A program made the translations under genes and the position numbers. DNA of 64,000 bases, taken from IMG/VR virus record IMGVR_UViG_3300020419_001132; one strand, 5' to 3'. Below, in pieces: positions 9,401 to 22,000 of the stretch. Position 1 is the first letter of the stretch, and the number at the start of each line of letters is the position of its first letter. The DNA comes from a virus (taxonomy: Duplodnaviria > Caudoviricetes). The notes beneath the pieces are model-generated. The model was not told where the DNA came from. It did not search any database and saw only the letters and a program-made list of their open reading frames with translations.

Positions 9401-10046
9401 TACTAGTTATAGTACAAATATTAATAAAATTAAATCACTTACTGATGAAGTAGTATACCATCCTGTTAAGTATAGAATATTATTTGGAAGCAAAGCAGAA
9501 AGTAGTTTGCAGGCAAAATTTAAAGTTGTAAAAAATCCTGACGTTGTGTTAAACGATAATGATGTAAAATCCAGGATTATAGGTTTTATTAATCAATTTT
9601 TTGCTTTAGAGAATTGGGACTTTGGAGAAAAGTTTTACTTTTCAGAACTATCTACATATGTCATGCAAAGAATGGCACCAGATGTTGTAACTTTTTTAAT
9701 TGTGCCAAACGATGCAAGTCAGACTTTTGGTAGTTTATATGAAATAAAATCAGAAGTTGATGAGATTTTCATTAGTGGTGCAACTGTTAACGATTTAGAA
9801 ATTATCGATGCTGTAACTGCTAGTAGAATAGTTGCTGATGGCAATGTTGTAACAACTTCTTCAGGAGCAAATGTAGGCATACAAAGCTCTGCAAATACTA
9901 GCTCAACCTCAACATCAACTGGTACATCTACCTCAAGTAGCACTTCAACTAGTAGCTCAAGCAGTTCGAGCAGTAGTAGTGGCAACGGCGGCTCTGGTAG
10001 CAGTGGCGGCGGTGGTGGTGGTTCCAGCGGAGGATATGGTTACTAA
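6477..10046 (+). CDS. gp6: Baseplate wedge subunit gp6-like (baseplate J family), enlarged, with Ser/Thr/Gly C-terminal tail
   Basis: 1189 aa; DFDNLRRTMINYLRQNYPEDFNDYIESSEYLALIDLIAF...ESVLRLARLLSYNPKR N-terminus and ESSANIKQRAP..YYTQNRLITAEDY are gp6/gpJ motifs. Confidence 0.85.
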   Translation: MSSTDRQNRLLVAEDWKRVYQSYRNADFKSYDFDNLRRTMINYLRQNYPEDFNDYIESSEYLALIDLIAFLGQNIAFRMDLNARENYLELAERRESVLRLARLLSYNPKRNVPANGLLKISSVSTTEAFVDSNNINLQDQTIIWNDPSNPNWYEQFIKVLNRSMPVNATVGRPIKKETIDGVPTEMYRITSNNVDVPAFSFNKTIDGATAQFEIVSTDISSSEIFEETPLPGNRFAIAYREDGRGSGSANTGFFSHFRQGTLDNGTFSVVNPSTNQTVSIDATNINNKDVWLYKLNSDGAEDELWSKVDAVEGNNVIYNSLSKKIRNIYSVLTRVDDRISLIFSDGVFGNLPQGDFRAYFRTSRNANIVITPPDMRGVSIDINYVSRVGKIETLTLVYELKYTVDNASSTESSANIKQRAPATYYTQNRLITAEDYQIGPLSVSQEIIKTKSVNRTTSGISRYFDLLDATGKYSKTNLFGVDGILYKEILDTKEKFTFSTQTDIEGVIINTIQPILGGKKIRNYYSSEFPKIDTEDLNIKWNQVTKDTNLTTGYFTNINVIKQTLGTFTTSLLKLVKIGASIKFQAPTGKHFTPEGTLKDGDADYIGAVTYKWVKIVNVNGNGTVDNTDGSGPVLINDVIPTDSLMVEIKPSVTSILQDDVKTQIVDQIFAYKTFGLRFDRDLGQWRLVTESNLNVTSAFSIGKTGDVTGQKLDSSWLLKFTTDGETYDIDYRGSRYIFESDKEIRFYFDSSDKIYNNLTGKIVKDKIVILNNNNKPDSISNFTIDHNWEITEEYRDSVGYVNSKKVQITFFDNDDDGVVDDPQIFEEVIAPLTNPTKKYIFLKKFTTPDGVTDFNYTSNSTLSIVVLQNKTVQGALSSYTDGQIFYYIDEDIFEVYNKTSGLLSITTDYKAYIGRDNLKFHYVHAADDSTRIDPSSSNFIDTYVLTRSYDTSFRQYLDGTVVAKPLPPSSDQLFTSYSTNINKIKSLTDEVVYHPVKYRILFGSKAESSLQAKFKVVKNPDVVLNDNDVKSRIIGFINQFFALENWDFGEKFYFSELSTYVMQRMAPDVVTFLIVPNDASQTFGSLYEIKSEVDEIFISGATVNDLEIIDAVTASRIVADGNVVTTSSGANVGIQSSANTSSTSTSTGTSTSSSTSTSSSSSSSSSSGNGGSGSSGGGGGGSSGGYGY
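9885..10043 (+). repeat. Low-complexity Ser/Thr then Gly/Ser-rich coding tract
   Basis: Encodes SSANTSSTSTSTGTSTSSSTSTSSSSSSSSSSGNGGSGSSGGGGGGSSGGYGY; locally GC-rich. Confidence 0.9.
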
Positions 10047-13000
10047 TGGCTTTCGAAAACAATCAACAGGAACCATCGCTTCCAGCAGGTGATAAAAATT
10101 ATAAAAGAAAGTCAGCGAATCATCTTCCAAAGTATTTTCGTACGGAGTTTAATAATAAATTCTTAAATGCAACACTTGACCAGATGTTGCAACCTGGAGT
10201 AGCAGAGAAACTTAATGTTTTTTATGGAAGAAAAAATGCAACAGCTTTTAGTAGCACTGATAATTATGTAGGAGACGTAAATCCGGAAAGAGAAAATTAT
10301 CAGCTTGAACCCGCAAGTGTTATTAAAGACGACTTAGGTAATGTAGATTTTTATGCAGATTATAACGATTATATTAATAAGTTAACAACATTATCAGGAG
10401 CAACAAGCAATCACAGTAGTATAAATGCACAGGAATATTATGCTTGGAACCCTCATATAGATTGGGATAAGTTTGTTAATTTTAGAGAATATTACTGGCT
10501 ACCAACAGGACCAGATAGTGTAAATGTATACGGACAATCCAAAGCTATACAAAGTACATATACTGTTGGACTTAGAATAGTAAACGGTGATCCAACTTAT
10601 TTGTTAACACCAGACGGCTTAACAAATAATCCTAGTTTAACTTTATATAGAGGACAAACATATATATTTGATGTAAATGCTCCTAGTTATCCTATTGCGT
10701 TTGCAACACAGCGGAGTTACACCCCAGGCAGATTACCAACAGATGGACAACAAAATACTTCATTAATTTATGACACCGGAGTTACAAAAGTTGATGCAGA
10801 CGGAAACGCAACAACTGAAACTTGGTTAGACGAAGGAACAATTACATTTACAGTTCCAGATACAGCGCCTGATACTTTGTATTATGTTTCTAAAGGTGAC
10901 GCAAATGTTGCTGGTACTATAAAAGTAAATGATATTATTGAAAATACAGAAATTGATATTGATAAAGAAATAATAGGAAAGAAAACTTACAAGACAGGTG
11001 GAGGATGGGATTTTTCAAACGGAATGAAAGTTCAGTTTGTAGGTAATGTTACTCCAGCAAAATACGCTACTGGTGAATGGTATGTTGAGGGAGTGGGTGA
11101 AGCAATTCAACTTATTAAACAAGAAGACCTAGCAGTTAGCGGATTATTCACACAAGATATAGAAGTTGCATTTGATGCCCAAGAATTTGATTTCTATCCA
11201 TTTAGTGAAGCATTAGGTTTTCCAAAGAATAAAGATTATATTATAATAAACAGAGGTAGTAAAGATGGAAACCTTTGGAGTAGATATAATAGATGGTTTC
11301 ATAAAGATGTAATAGAGAAGACTGCCACGTTAAATGGTCAAGTTAGTAATGTAGATCAGTCTACACGAGCTAGTAGGCCAATAATTGAATTTAACAAGGG
11401 ATTAAAATTATATAATTTTGGTACTGAGAGCAAGGAAAATATTAATTTAATTGATACTAAAACTGTAGATGCGTTTTCTTATATTGAAGGTACAACAGGT
11501 TATAATATTGATGGTGTAGATTTAACAGAGGGTATGAGAGTATTATTTACTGCTGACACTGACACATTAGTTAATGGCAGAATATTCAAAGTTAAGTTTA
11601 TTAAAATCAACAACTCTACACAAATATCTTTGATAGAAGAAACAGATTCTACACCGCAAGAAAATGAAACGGTATTAGTCACGCAAGGTAATATAAACAG
11701 AGGAAAATATTTTTATTATGACGGTACATCCTGGAAAGCAGGACAAGATAAGACAAGTGTTAATCAACAACCAATGTTTGATATGTTTAACTCTAGTGAT
11801 AAAGGATTTGCAGATTCGACAGCTTATGAATCTTCGTTATTTACTGGAAATAAGGTTTTTTCTTACACAGTAGGAACCGGAACAAACGATACCGAATTAG
11901 GATTTCCTTTAAGTTATCGCAGTATTACAAACTCAGGAGATATACTATTTTCGTTTAACTTATTGAATGAAACATTTACATATACATTAAACAACGCATT
12001 GTATAAAAAATCTGCAAGTACAGGATTTTTACGAAAGTATGAAGATAGGACTACCTATGTTTTACAGAACGGTTGGCAAAAAGCCGACAAAGATAGTACA
12101 CAAAATGTTATAAGACAGTATATTGCTACAGCAGATCAAACAGTATTTGCATTGGATATGTACGATAATATTTTGTTTATAAATGATGTATGGTTAAGAG
12201 TTTTTGTAAACAATACTTTACAAGTTATAGATCAGGATTTTACTATAACAAGTGATGCAAACGGAAGTAGTTTTATAACATTTGTTAAGAAATTAAAAGC
12301 AAATGATAATGTTATTATAAAAACTAGAAGTAAGTATGAAAAGAATGAAAACGGATATTATGAAATTGCAAGTAATTTAGAAAAGAATCCGTTAAACAAT
12401 GACATAAATCAATTTACGTTAGGAGAAGTTAATGATCACTTGCGTACAATAGTTGAAGAGTCAAACGAATTTTCAGGTGCGTATCCTGGAGTTAGTAATT
12501 TAAGAGACATAGGCGGCCTTACAAAGCTAGGTAAAAAGTTTTTGAAACATTCATCGCCAATTAATTTTTCTTTATATCATTTACTTGATAATAATGCAAA
12601 TATTATAAAGGCTATTTCAAGTGCAAGACTTGACTATAGTAAATTTAAAAGATTATTTTTAGAAACAGCAGATACTTTAGGATATGAAGGACCTGTTAGA
12701 GAACATGTAGATAAGATTATTGCAGAAGTAAACAAAGACAAAGTTAATTCTATGCCTTATTACTTTAGTGATATGATACCGCAGGGCGGGACAGTTGTTA
12801 ATTCTACAACCATTGAAGATACTGATCAAAAGTTTTTTGCTTTAAGTGCAGTATTCAGTATGAGTACACCTAGTACAAAAGCTGTGCAAATTTACAAAAA
12901 CGGATTGCAATTAACACATGGTGTAGATTACACATTTAACACAGACGGATTTGCTGTTATCACATGCACAAAACAATTAAATGATGTTATTGATATAATA

Positions 13001-16000
13001 GAGTATACTGATACTAACGGAAGTTACGTAGCACCAACTCCTACAAAGTTAGGACTATATCCTAGCTTTGTTCCTGAAATTTACATTGATACAACTGTAC
13101 AAAGTACACCTCCAGCCATTGCAACAGGTGCATATAAACTATATGGAATAGCAGGACCTGATCAAAACGGAGCAGGCAAACTTGGGTGGTATTATCCTCT
13201 GTACACAACACTAGCAGAAGCACAAACTAGAGATACAGAATTAGGTGGATCTGGACAAGCACATGTTCATACATTTACTGGATTGAACAGGCCATTTTAT
13301 ATGCCTAACACAGGAGCAGGCCATGGTTTACAAGATACTACGCAGTATGAAGAATGGGTTGAAGGAAGTGTTGTAATACAAGGACATGATGGAAGTAAAA
13401 CTGTTGCATACAAAGACTTTAGAGATAATTTATTATTAGAACTAGAAAGAAGAATTTTTAATAATTTAAAAGTTGCATATGACAAAAGTATTTTTGATAT
13501 AAACGATTACCAGAGTGGCTTGAATAGAAGTACAGGGATAACAAAAGTTTATCAAGATAATGCCTTGATAGCTGAATTTTTATCTTGGTCAAGACTCGTT
13601 GATCTTGAATATTCAAAACATACCTACTATGATAGGCAGAACAGATTTACTTTTAATTATAGCAGAACAAACTATCCTAATAACACATCTTTACCAGGAT
13701 GGTGGAGACAAGCATTTATCTATGCTTTTGATACAGACAGACCACACACACATCCATGGGAAATGTTAGGATTTTCTATAAAACCTACTTGGTGGGAAAC
13801 ACAGTACGGTAAAGCACCGTATACAAGGAATAACTTGTTGTTATGGGAAGACCTTGAAGGCGGAATAATTAGACAACCTAGTTATACTATAGATAAAAAA
13901 TATATTCGCCCTGGGTTAACTACGCATATACCAGTCGATCAAGATGGAAACTTACTAAGTCCAAACGATTGTGGACTAGCTTTAAATTTAAATATTGCAG
14001 ATGCAAGTGGTCCGTTTAACTTTGGAGATGGAGGACCAGTCGAGTCTGCTTGGAGAAGAAGTAGCGAATTTCCATTTGCACTTATAAGAAGTTTTATTTT
14101 AAACAAGCCTTCAAAAGCGTTTGCAACAGGTTTTGATAGAATAAGGCAAAAAAGGAATTTAGCTGATCAGATAATTTACGGAGATACAGAAAAGCAAGTA
14201 CAATTAAGCACATTAGTATTTCCAACTACTGTTGATGATACTACACAAGTATTTACAAGCGGATTTATAAATTATATTTACGATTATCAATTTAATTTAT
14301 CAAGAGAAAATATTGATGTTTACAAAAATAATCTTTCAAGATTAAGGAACCAAATTGGTTTTAAAATTGGAGGATTTACTGATAAAAATAAGTTTAAGTT
14401 AATATTAGATAGTAGAACTCCGCTGAATGAAGGAAACGTTTTTGTTCCAAATGAAAATTATAGTATATTTTTAAATAGTAGTTTTCCTACAAAAGAGATA
14501 AGTTACAGTGGTGTAATAGTTGAAAAATTTGCAGAGGGGTATTATGTAAAAGGTTATGATAACCAAAATCCAACTTTTAAATATTATCCTGTGCTTCCTA
14601 AGCAGGCCGATCCTGCAATAAATGTAGGAGGAGTTAGTGAACCTTTTGTTACATGGAGTGCTAACAAAACTTATGCTGTTGGAACAATAGTTAAGTCTGG
14701 TAGTGATTATTATAGATCTAAAGAAACACATACTAGCGGAACAGACTTTGATCTAGATAAATTTGTAGCAATACCTGAGTTGCCAGTAACAGGAGGTAGA
14801 TCAGCATATTTAAGAAGAAGCTTCTCTGATCAAATATCAATACTTAATTATGGAACACTATTTACAACAATCCAGGATGTAGTTGATTTCTTACTAGGAT
14901 ACGGCAATTATTTAGAAAGAATAGGATTTAGTTTTAGTTCTTTCAGAAACGAAACATATGAAGTTTCAGATTGGCAAACGTCTGTAAGAGAGTTCTTGTA
15001 TTGGACTACTCAAAACTGGGGAGAAGGTACAGTATTATCTTTAAGTCCTGGCGCAGGAAAAATTAATTTTAAAAGTGAATATGCAACTTCAGATAATGTG
15101 CTAGAACCATTTTACGGGTACAGTATATTCAAAGCAGACGGTAAAGTTTTAGAACCAACAAATTTAAAGTTTTCTAAAGATACTGAAAACAATTTCTCTG
15201 TAAGAACAATTAACACGGAAGATGGAATATATTCTATCAAGATTCCATTAGTAGTAAAAGAGCATGTTGTACTAATAGATAATACTACAGTATTTGGTGA
15301 TATAATTTACGATGTAGAGCCAGGATACAGACAGGAAAGAATAAAGGTATTAGGATACAGAACAGGAGACTGGAACGGTAGTTTAAATATTCCAGGATTT
15401 ATATATGATGATGCAAAGGTAACTTTATGGGAAGCCTGGAAAGATTATTCCATTGGCGATTTGGTCAAGTATAAAGAGTTTTACTACACAGCTAAAAACA
15501 AAGTTGCAGGAAATTCAACTTTTGTTAATGAGCAATGGGTAAGATTAGACGAGCAACCTGAAGCAGGACTATATGCTAACTTTGATTATAAAGTAAATCA
15601 GTTTGCAGATTTTTATGATTTAGATTCTGATAATTTTGATAGCGAACAACAGAAGTTGGCACAACATTTAATAGGATATCAGAAGAGGAAATATTTAGAA
15701 AATATTGTAAATGATGATGTAAGTCAGTACAAGTTTTATCAAGGATTTATTCAAGATAAAGGAACGAAAAATGCATTAACAAAATTATTTGATGCATTAT
15801 CAAGTGCTGACAAAGATAGCTTAGAATTTTATGAAGAATGGGGAATCAAAGATGGCCAATACGGAGCATCGGACGGGTTTGAAGAAGTTGAGTATCTTTT
15901 AGATGAAAGTAAATTTAGGCTTAGTCCACAACCTATATTACTAACCAATACAGTTACAGGAAAAGAAACAGATTTAATTTATAGAATTCAAGACTACGAA

Positions 16001-19000
16001 ACATACTTGCGTTCCAAAAATTATAATCATAAACCTTTTCCAACAAAGTTGATTACTGACGGATATACCAAAGATAGTGGGTATGTAAATCCTGATGATG
16101 TAAACTTTGTATTAGGCACGTACGACAGTTTACTTAATTTAGATATTGATAAAATTAAGCGTGATGATTATGTATGGGTAGGTAATGTTAACTTTGACTG
16201 GAGTGTATATCAATATAAAAACAGTGGACACGATATTACATCAATAACTAAAGCTGACAAATCTTTTACAATTCAGTTATCTTCAATACCAGCAGATATC
16301 AAAGTAGGAGATATTGTTGGTATATTGGAAGTTACCAATGTTACTTACAATCCAGAGGATAGTACGCAACAGGCAACTTTTGCAGAATCAACTGCAAAAG
16401 GATTTTATAAAGTTAAAAATATTACTCTAGATAAGATTGAATTTGACTCAGATAGCCCACCAAGTGATTTTGAAAATGCATCTGGAATATTAACAAAGTT
16501 TGAATCTGTCAGAGCAAGTAACTTAGATACTGCAAATGTTGTCGCCCAAAAAGGTATGGAAAATGGCTTCAAAATTTGGGTAGATAATGATGGTGTTGGT
16601 AAATGGACAGTAATAGAACGTACTTCAAATTTTTCTAAGTCAACAACTATAGCTAATCCAGAAGGTGTAACTAATGATAGCAGTATTACAAATTTTGCAG
16701 AGTCCTTTAGTGTAGATGAGAGAAACTGCCTATTAGCTGTTGGAGCACCTAATGATGAAGATGGAAAAGTATACGTATACAGAAGACCAAGTGAATCTGT
16801 TAATTGGGAATTATTGCAAGTACTGGAACCTATCACACTTTATGCATCTACACAAAGATTTGGTAGCTCAGTAAAGGTATCTGCAGACGGAAAGTATGTA
16901 ATAGTTGGTGCACCTAATGCATCAAATGTAAAGACTACTTTCAAAGGAACATATAACCAACCTACTGATTATTCTGCAGGTGACATTGTAACTTACCAAA
17001 ACAGTTATTGGTCAGCTGATACTGCTATACAGGGCAGTGAAAGTAATATTACTTTTAATAGTTTTGGAAATTATGATCAAATAGTTTATGATTTAAACCT
17101 TGATGAAGAAAGACCTGAAGAATTAGACTTGTTACTAGCAGGTAATTATCCTTTTACAGGTATTAATGCTGATCACTTTTTAGTTAGAGCTCCAAAAGAT
17201 ATTTATGAGGGGATAGGTGTTACTGACGAAGTGTTCTTACATTGGAATAAATTAACAAATGCTAATCAAACACAAACCACATTAACAGATAGACAACCGT
17301 TTGATGGTACTATACCATATTTAAATAAATCCTACTTAGAGAGTAATCATACAGTTTCAGCTAAAATTGATGCTATATTATATGTTTCTCAGGTTACTAA
17401 TATACCAACTATAGGACAGCAAGTAACCACACAGGATGCAAGTGGAATCGTTGCATATACATATCAAGCTGGCGGAGCTGTTACAATTTATGTAAACAAC
17501 GTTACAGGTACTTTACCAGATAGTAATAGTTTGTTTATTGCAAACAACGACTTTGTTGGAGAATATACATTATCAGGACCTAGTGATTTAACATTTACTG
17601 CTACTGCACAGCTAGGTGGTTATTTGATGATAAACACAAATCAATATGCAATAGGCACAACAAATGTAGACAGTGGTAGAGGACTTGTTATAAAAGATAT
17701 AATACCAGATAGTGTAGCTAGTAACAGGTATTATTATAATTCTTTAGACTATGATACAGCAGTAGTTGATAGCGAAAATACAAATCATAGTTTTGTTTCA
17801 ATTACCAGTTTCACAGGATCACCAGGTCCTAATGGAACAACTGGTGATTTCAATTCTCCTTATTGGGTTATGAGAGCACCAAAACCTCTAACTGATACAA
17901 TCTCCCCAGGAAGCCAGTTAGAAACATATTTTAGTAGGCTTAAAAGAACAGTGACTACTTTAACTGTCAATCAAAACACATCAGTAGTCAAGGGAGAAGT
18001 AATTACCCAGGATAATACAAATGCTACTGCTACAGTTTTTGAAAGTGTTACATTAGGTACACAAATCAAAGTTGAAAACGTAAGTGGTAGCTTTACTACG
18101 ATAGATTTCCTTTCAGGATCTCAGAGCGGACCTTTACTAGTCAGACCAAATAGTAACCCAGCTGTAGGAACACTTGTACAACCAAGTGATATAAATTTAA
18201 GTTTTGCAATTACAAATAAAACACAAACAGTATTTGATATTTGGGACGGATACATTGTTTACAAGAATTTATTTTTCTTAGACGGTGAACCTTTTGAGCC
18301 TATGGCTAGATATAGACTAAACGGAGGAGTTTGGACAGATTTCGGCACAGGACAAACAGTTGAAGATGTAACAACAGGCGCAACTGGTGAAGTAATGTTT
18401 TACGAAAGAAATTTTAACGATGTAAAAATATATGTAAAAAATGTTACTGGCTCATGGAGTAAAGGTGACTTGTTTGGGGACAATGCAGAAATAAGGATGA
18501 AAGCATTTCCAAGTGGTCCTGATCCTGATCCGTTTGGTAGGGTAGCCATTTATACTGTTGACAGAATAATGGGACAGACACAAAAAACATCATTAGGATA
18601 TGCACCTGGTAATATTGGCAAATTACTTGTGTTTGATGCAAAAACTAATGTAGCTATTCCTACATCACAAGAAATTAATAACATAGAATATTGGATGTAT
18701 ACAACAGGTACTGTTAATGGAATACCAAGAGTAGCAAATGTGCCTAATAGTAGTAATTTAGATTGGACAGAAGTTTTTAAAGTTACAGCAACTACTACAG
18801 GAGGGCAAAGCTCACATACTAATGAAGGATTAGTTTATCTTTATGAAAAGTTTGGAGAACAATATTTAGAACAGTCAGCGATTGTTTCGCCCCAAAGAAA
18901 AGGTAATCATTACTTTGGAAGCAATGTGTCTCTTACAAAACAAGGAGATATTTATAGAGCATTTATTGCGGCTTATGATGAGGAAACAACCACTTATCCT

Positions 19001-22000
19001 GGAAAGATATATTTCCTTAAGAATGGTACTGAAAATAATAATAGTTATAATTGGGAATATGCTAAGAATAAAAAGTTTAGAGGTGAATTTTCATCAGTAC
19101 AAGATTATGTAACAGGAGATATTGTATACTTAAATGATCCTCAAGGTACATTATACACAGCAAAAACAAATATAACTGCCGGAGTGTTTGATGCACTACA
19201 ATGGTCATCAGTAGATGACCTAATTGACTATGTTGGTTTTATCCCTAATGATACAGGATTAAAAGTAGTAAATGACAGTTCTTTAGATAGCGTTATAGAT
19301 ACTAATGAAATGTATGACTTTGGTTCAGAGTTTGATACTAGTTCTGATGGCGAAGTATTAATATCAACAGTTAAGTATACTACTAAACCTAATATTGTAG
19401 CAGTTTACAGAAATAAAAGAGGTCATTACGGATGGAGTCAAGACATACCGGCTCCAACCACAGGAAGTATGTTTGGTAATGGTATAGCAATTAGTAATGA
19501 TGGTATGTATATTGCTATAGGAGATCCTAAAGACGATACTGTAAAAAATGATCAAGGAAGAGTTTATATTTACAAACAAGTTAGTGGATCCTTTTCTTTA
19601 CATCAAACACTTGAAAGTCCAGGAAACGAATTAGCTGAGTACTTTGGTAATAAAGTAGGTTTTGATGGAACTAGATTAGTAGTAAATGCAAGAAACGCAG
19701 ATAATTTTAACACAACAACATTTGATACAAATACACTTACTTTTGATAAAGAATTTACAAAATTTAGATATGAGTCACACGAAGGTGGAACAATTTATGT
19801 CTACGAACAAATAAAAGATTATCTAGTTTATGGACATAGCTTAAGACATGAAACAGGTATAGATCCAGAAACAGGACAATCTCTAGGACCTGTATATTAC
19901 TTTGGTAGAAAATTATTATTAAAAAATAATCACATTTATGTAGGACTTCCTAATGTTCCTGATAACACAACCACTGTAGGCACATTGTTAGATTACAGGG
20001 TACCTAATAAAGTGTTTACAGAAATTAGATCCGCAAAAGATACAGTAAATTTAAGTAAAATTAAAAGAGTCCTTTTATATAATACTAAAACAAAGAAAAT
20101 TGTAAAATATTTAGATTACATTGATCCTATACAAGGAAAAATTGCAGGAACTGCAGAAGAAAATATTAGCTTCAAATTATATTATGATCCAGCTGTATAT
20201 ACAAACGGAACAGCCACTACAGTGATCGATCAACAAAATCCGTGGACTACTACACATGTAGGTGAACTTTGGTGGGACCTTTCTAATGCAAAATTCTATA
20301 ATGCCTATCAGGGCGACGTAACTTTTAGTACAAATAACTGGAACAAATTGTTTACGACAAACACAATAGACATTTACGAATGGATTGAAACACAATACAC
20401 TCCTGCAGAATGGGATACACTTGCAGATACAGATGACGGATTGTCACAAGGAATATCAGGTAAGTCTAAATATGGTGCTGATGTATACACAATATCAAAG
20501 CAATACGACGAAATATCGCAATCTTTTTCTAACAAATATTATTTTTGGGTAAAAGATAAAAAAGTAAAACCAGATATCGAAGGTAGAACATTAAAAGCTA
20601 CCGATGTTGCTAATTTAATTTCAGACCCAGCAAGTAATGCTTATCAATTCGCGGCGCTTTTTAGCAATGATAGTTTTGCAATATATAATTGTGATAAACT
20701 ATTAGAAGACAAAAATATTGCAATAGGCATACAGTATTGGACAATAGATAATCAAACTCTAAATATCCATAATCAATATCAAATTATTACAGATGGATTA
20801 GAAACAAGTAAGCCTAATAGAGATATTGAAGCTAAGTGGATAGATAGTTTGGTTGGTTATGATTTGTATGGCAGAATAATTCCTGATCCAACATTAAGTG
20901 AAAAAGAAAAGTATGGTAATCTAAATACTCCAAGACAAAGCTGGTTTGTAAATAGGTTAGAAGCACTAAAACAATATTTTGAAAGAGTAAATGGTGTTTT
21001 AGCAAAAGAGTTGATTGTTGATAGTAAAGATTTATCAAACCTAAACAAAAAGGAAGCGTTTCCATCAGCAGTTACAAATTTGTATGATAAGTCAGTAGCA
21101 ACAGTAGCTGAATTAAATTTATTAGGTGTTGCAAAAGCAAAACAAGCAACAATGACAGTTTCAGTCAAAGACGGAAAGATAGATACAGCTACTATACTTG
21201 ATCCAGGAAGAGGATATAACGTAACTCCTACAGTGGTAATTTCCGGAACTGGATCTGATGCAGAATTTAAATTTACAATTAACACAGTAGGATCTATTAC
21301 TAATGTTGAAATAGTAAATGCAGGAAAAAATTACGGTGATACTACAAGTGTTGAAATTAGAAAATATACTGTTTTAGTTACTGCTGATGAAACTATTAGT
21401 GGTAAATGGTCAATTTACGAAAGAAATACAACTTCTAATACATGGGATAGAATTAGAAGTCAGGCATATAACACAACTTTATTTTGGGATTACAAAGATT
21501 GGTACAAATCAACTTACGGTCCTTTCACACCAATAAGCCATGTCATTGATTATGCATACCAACTAGACGCATTAGATGATGTGCTAGATGAAGTTGTAAG
21601 GATTAATAATATAGGATCTGGAGGTTGGCTACTTTTACGTAAGATCGGAAATACAATCGGAGCAGATTATACTGTAAATTATGAAACAATTGGTAGACAG
21701 AATGGCACAATAGCATTTGAAAGAACGTTATATGATACGTCAACGTCGTTCGATGGATTTGATGAAATAAGCTATGATACAAAGTTCTATGATAGTTTAC
21801 CAAGTACAGAAACTAGAATAATTACCGATGCAATAAAGAAAGATTTATTCATTGAAGATCTTGAATTAGAATATAACCGGTTGTTCTTTGCATCTTTAAG
21901 ATATGTTTTATCTGAACAACAATATGTAGATTGGATATTTAAAACTAGCTTTATAAAAGCAAAACATAATGCAGGATCATTAAGAAAAGATCTAACATTT

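Noticed and set aside
763-10046. Bacterial eCIS/T6SS/tailocin interpretation of the tube-LysM-hub-spike-gp25-gpJ order
   Set aside because: The adjacent gp55-like sigma factor, late motifs, collar fibres and gene density indicate a phage.
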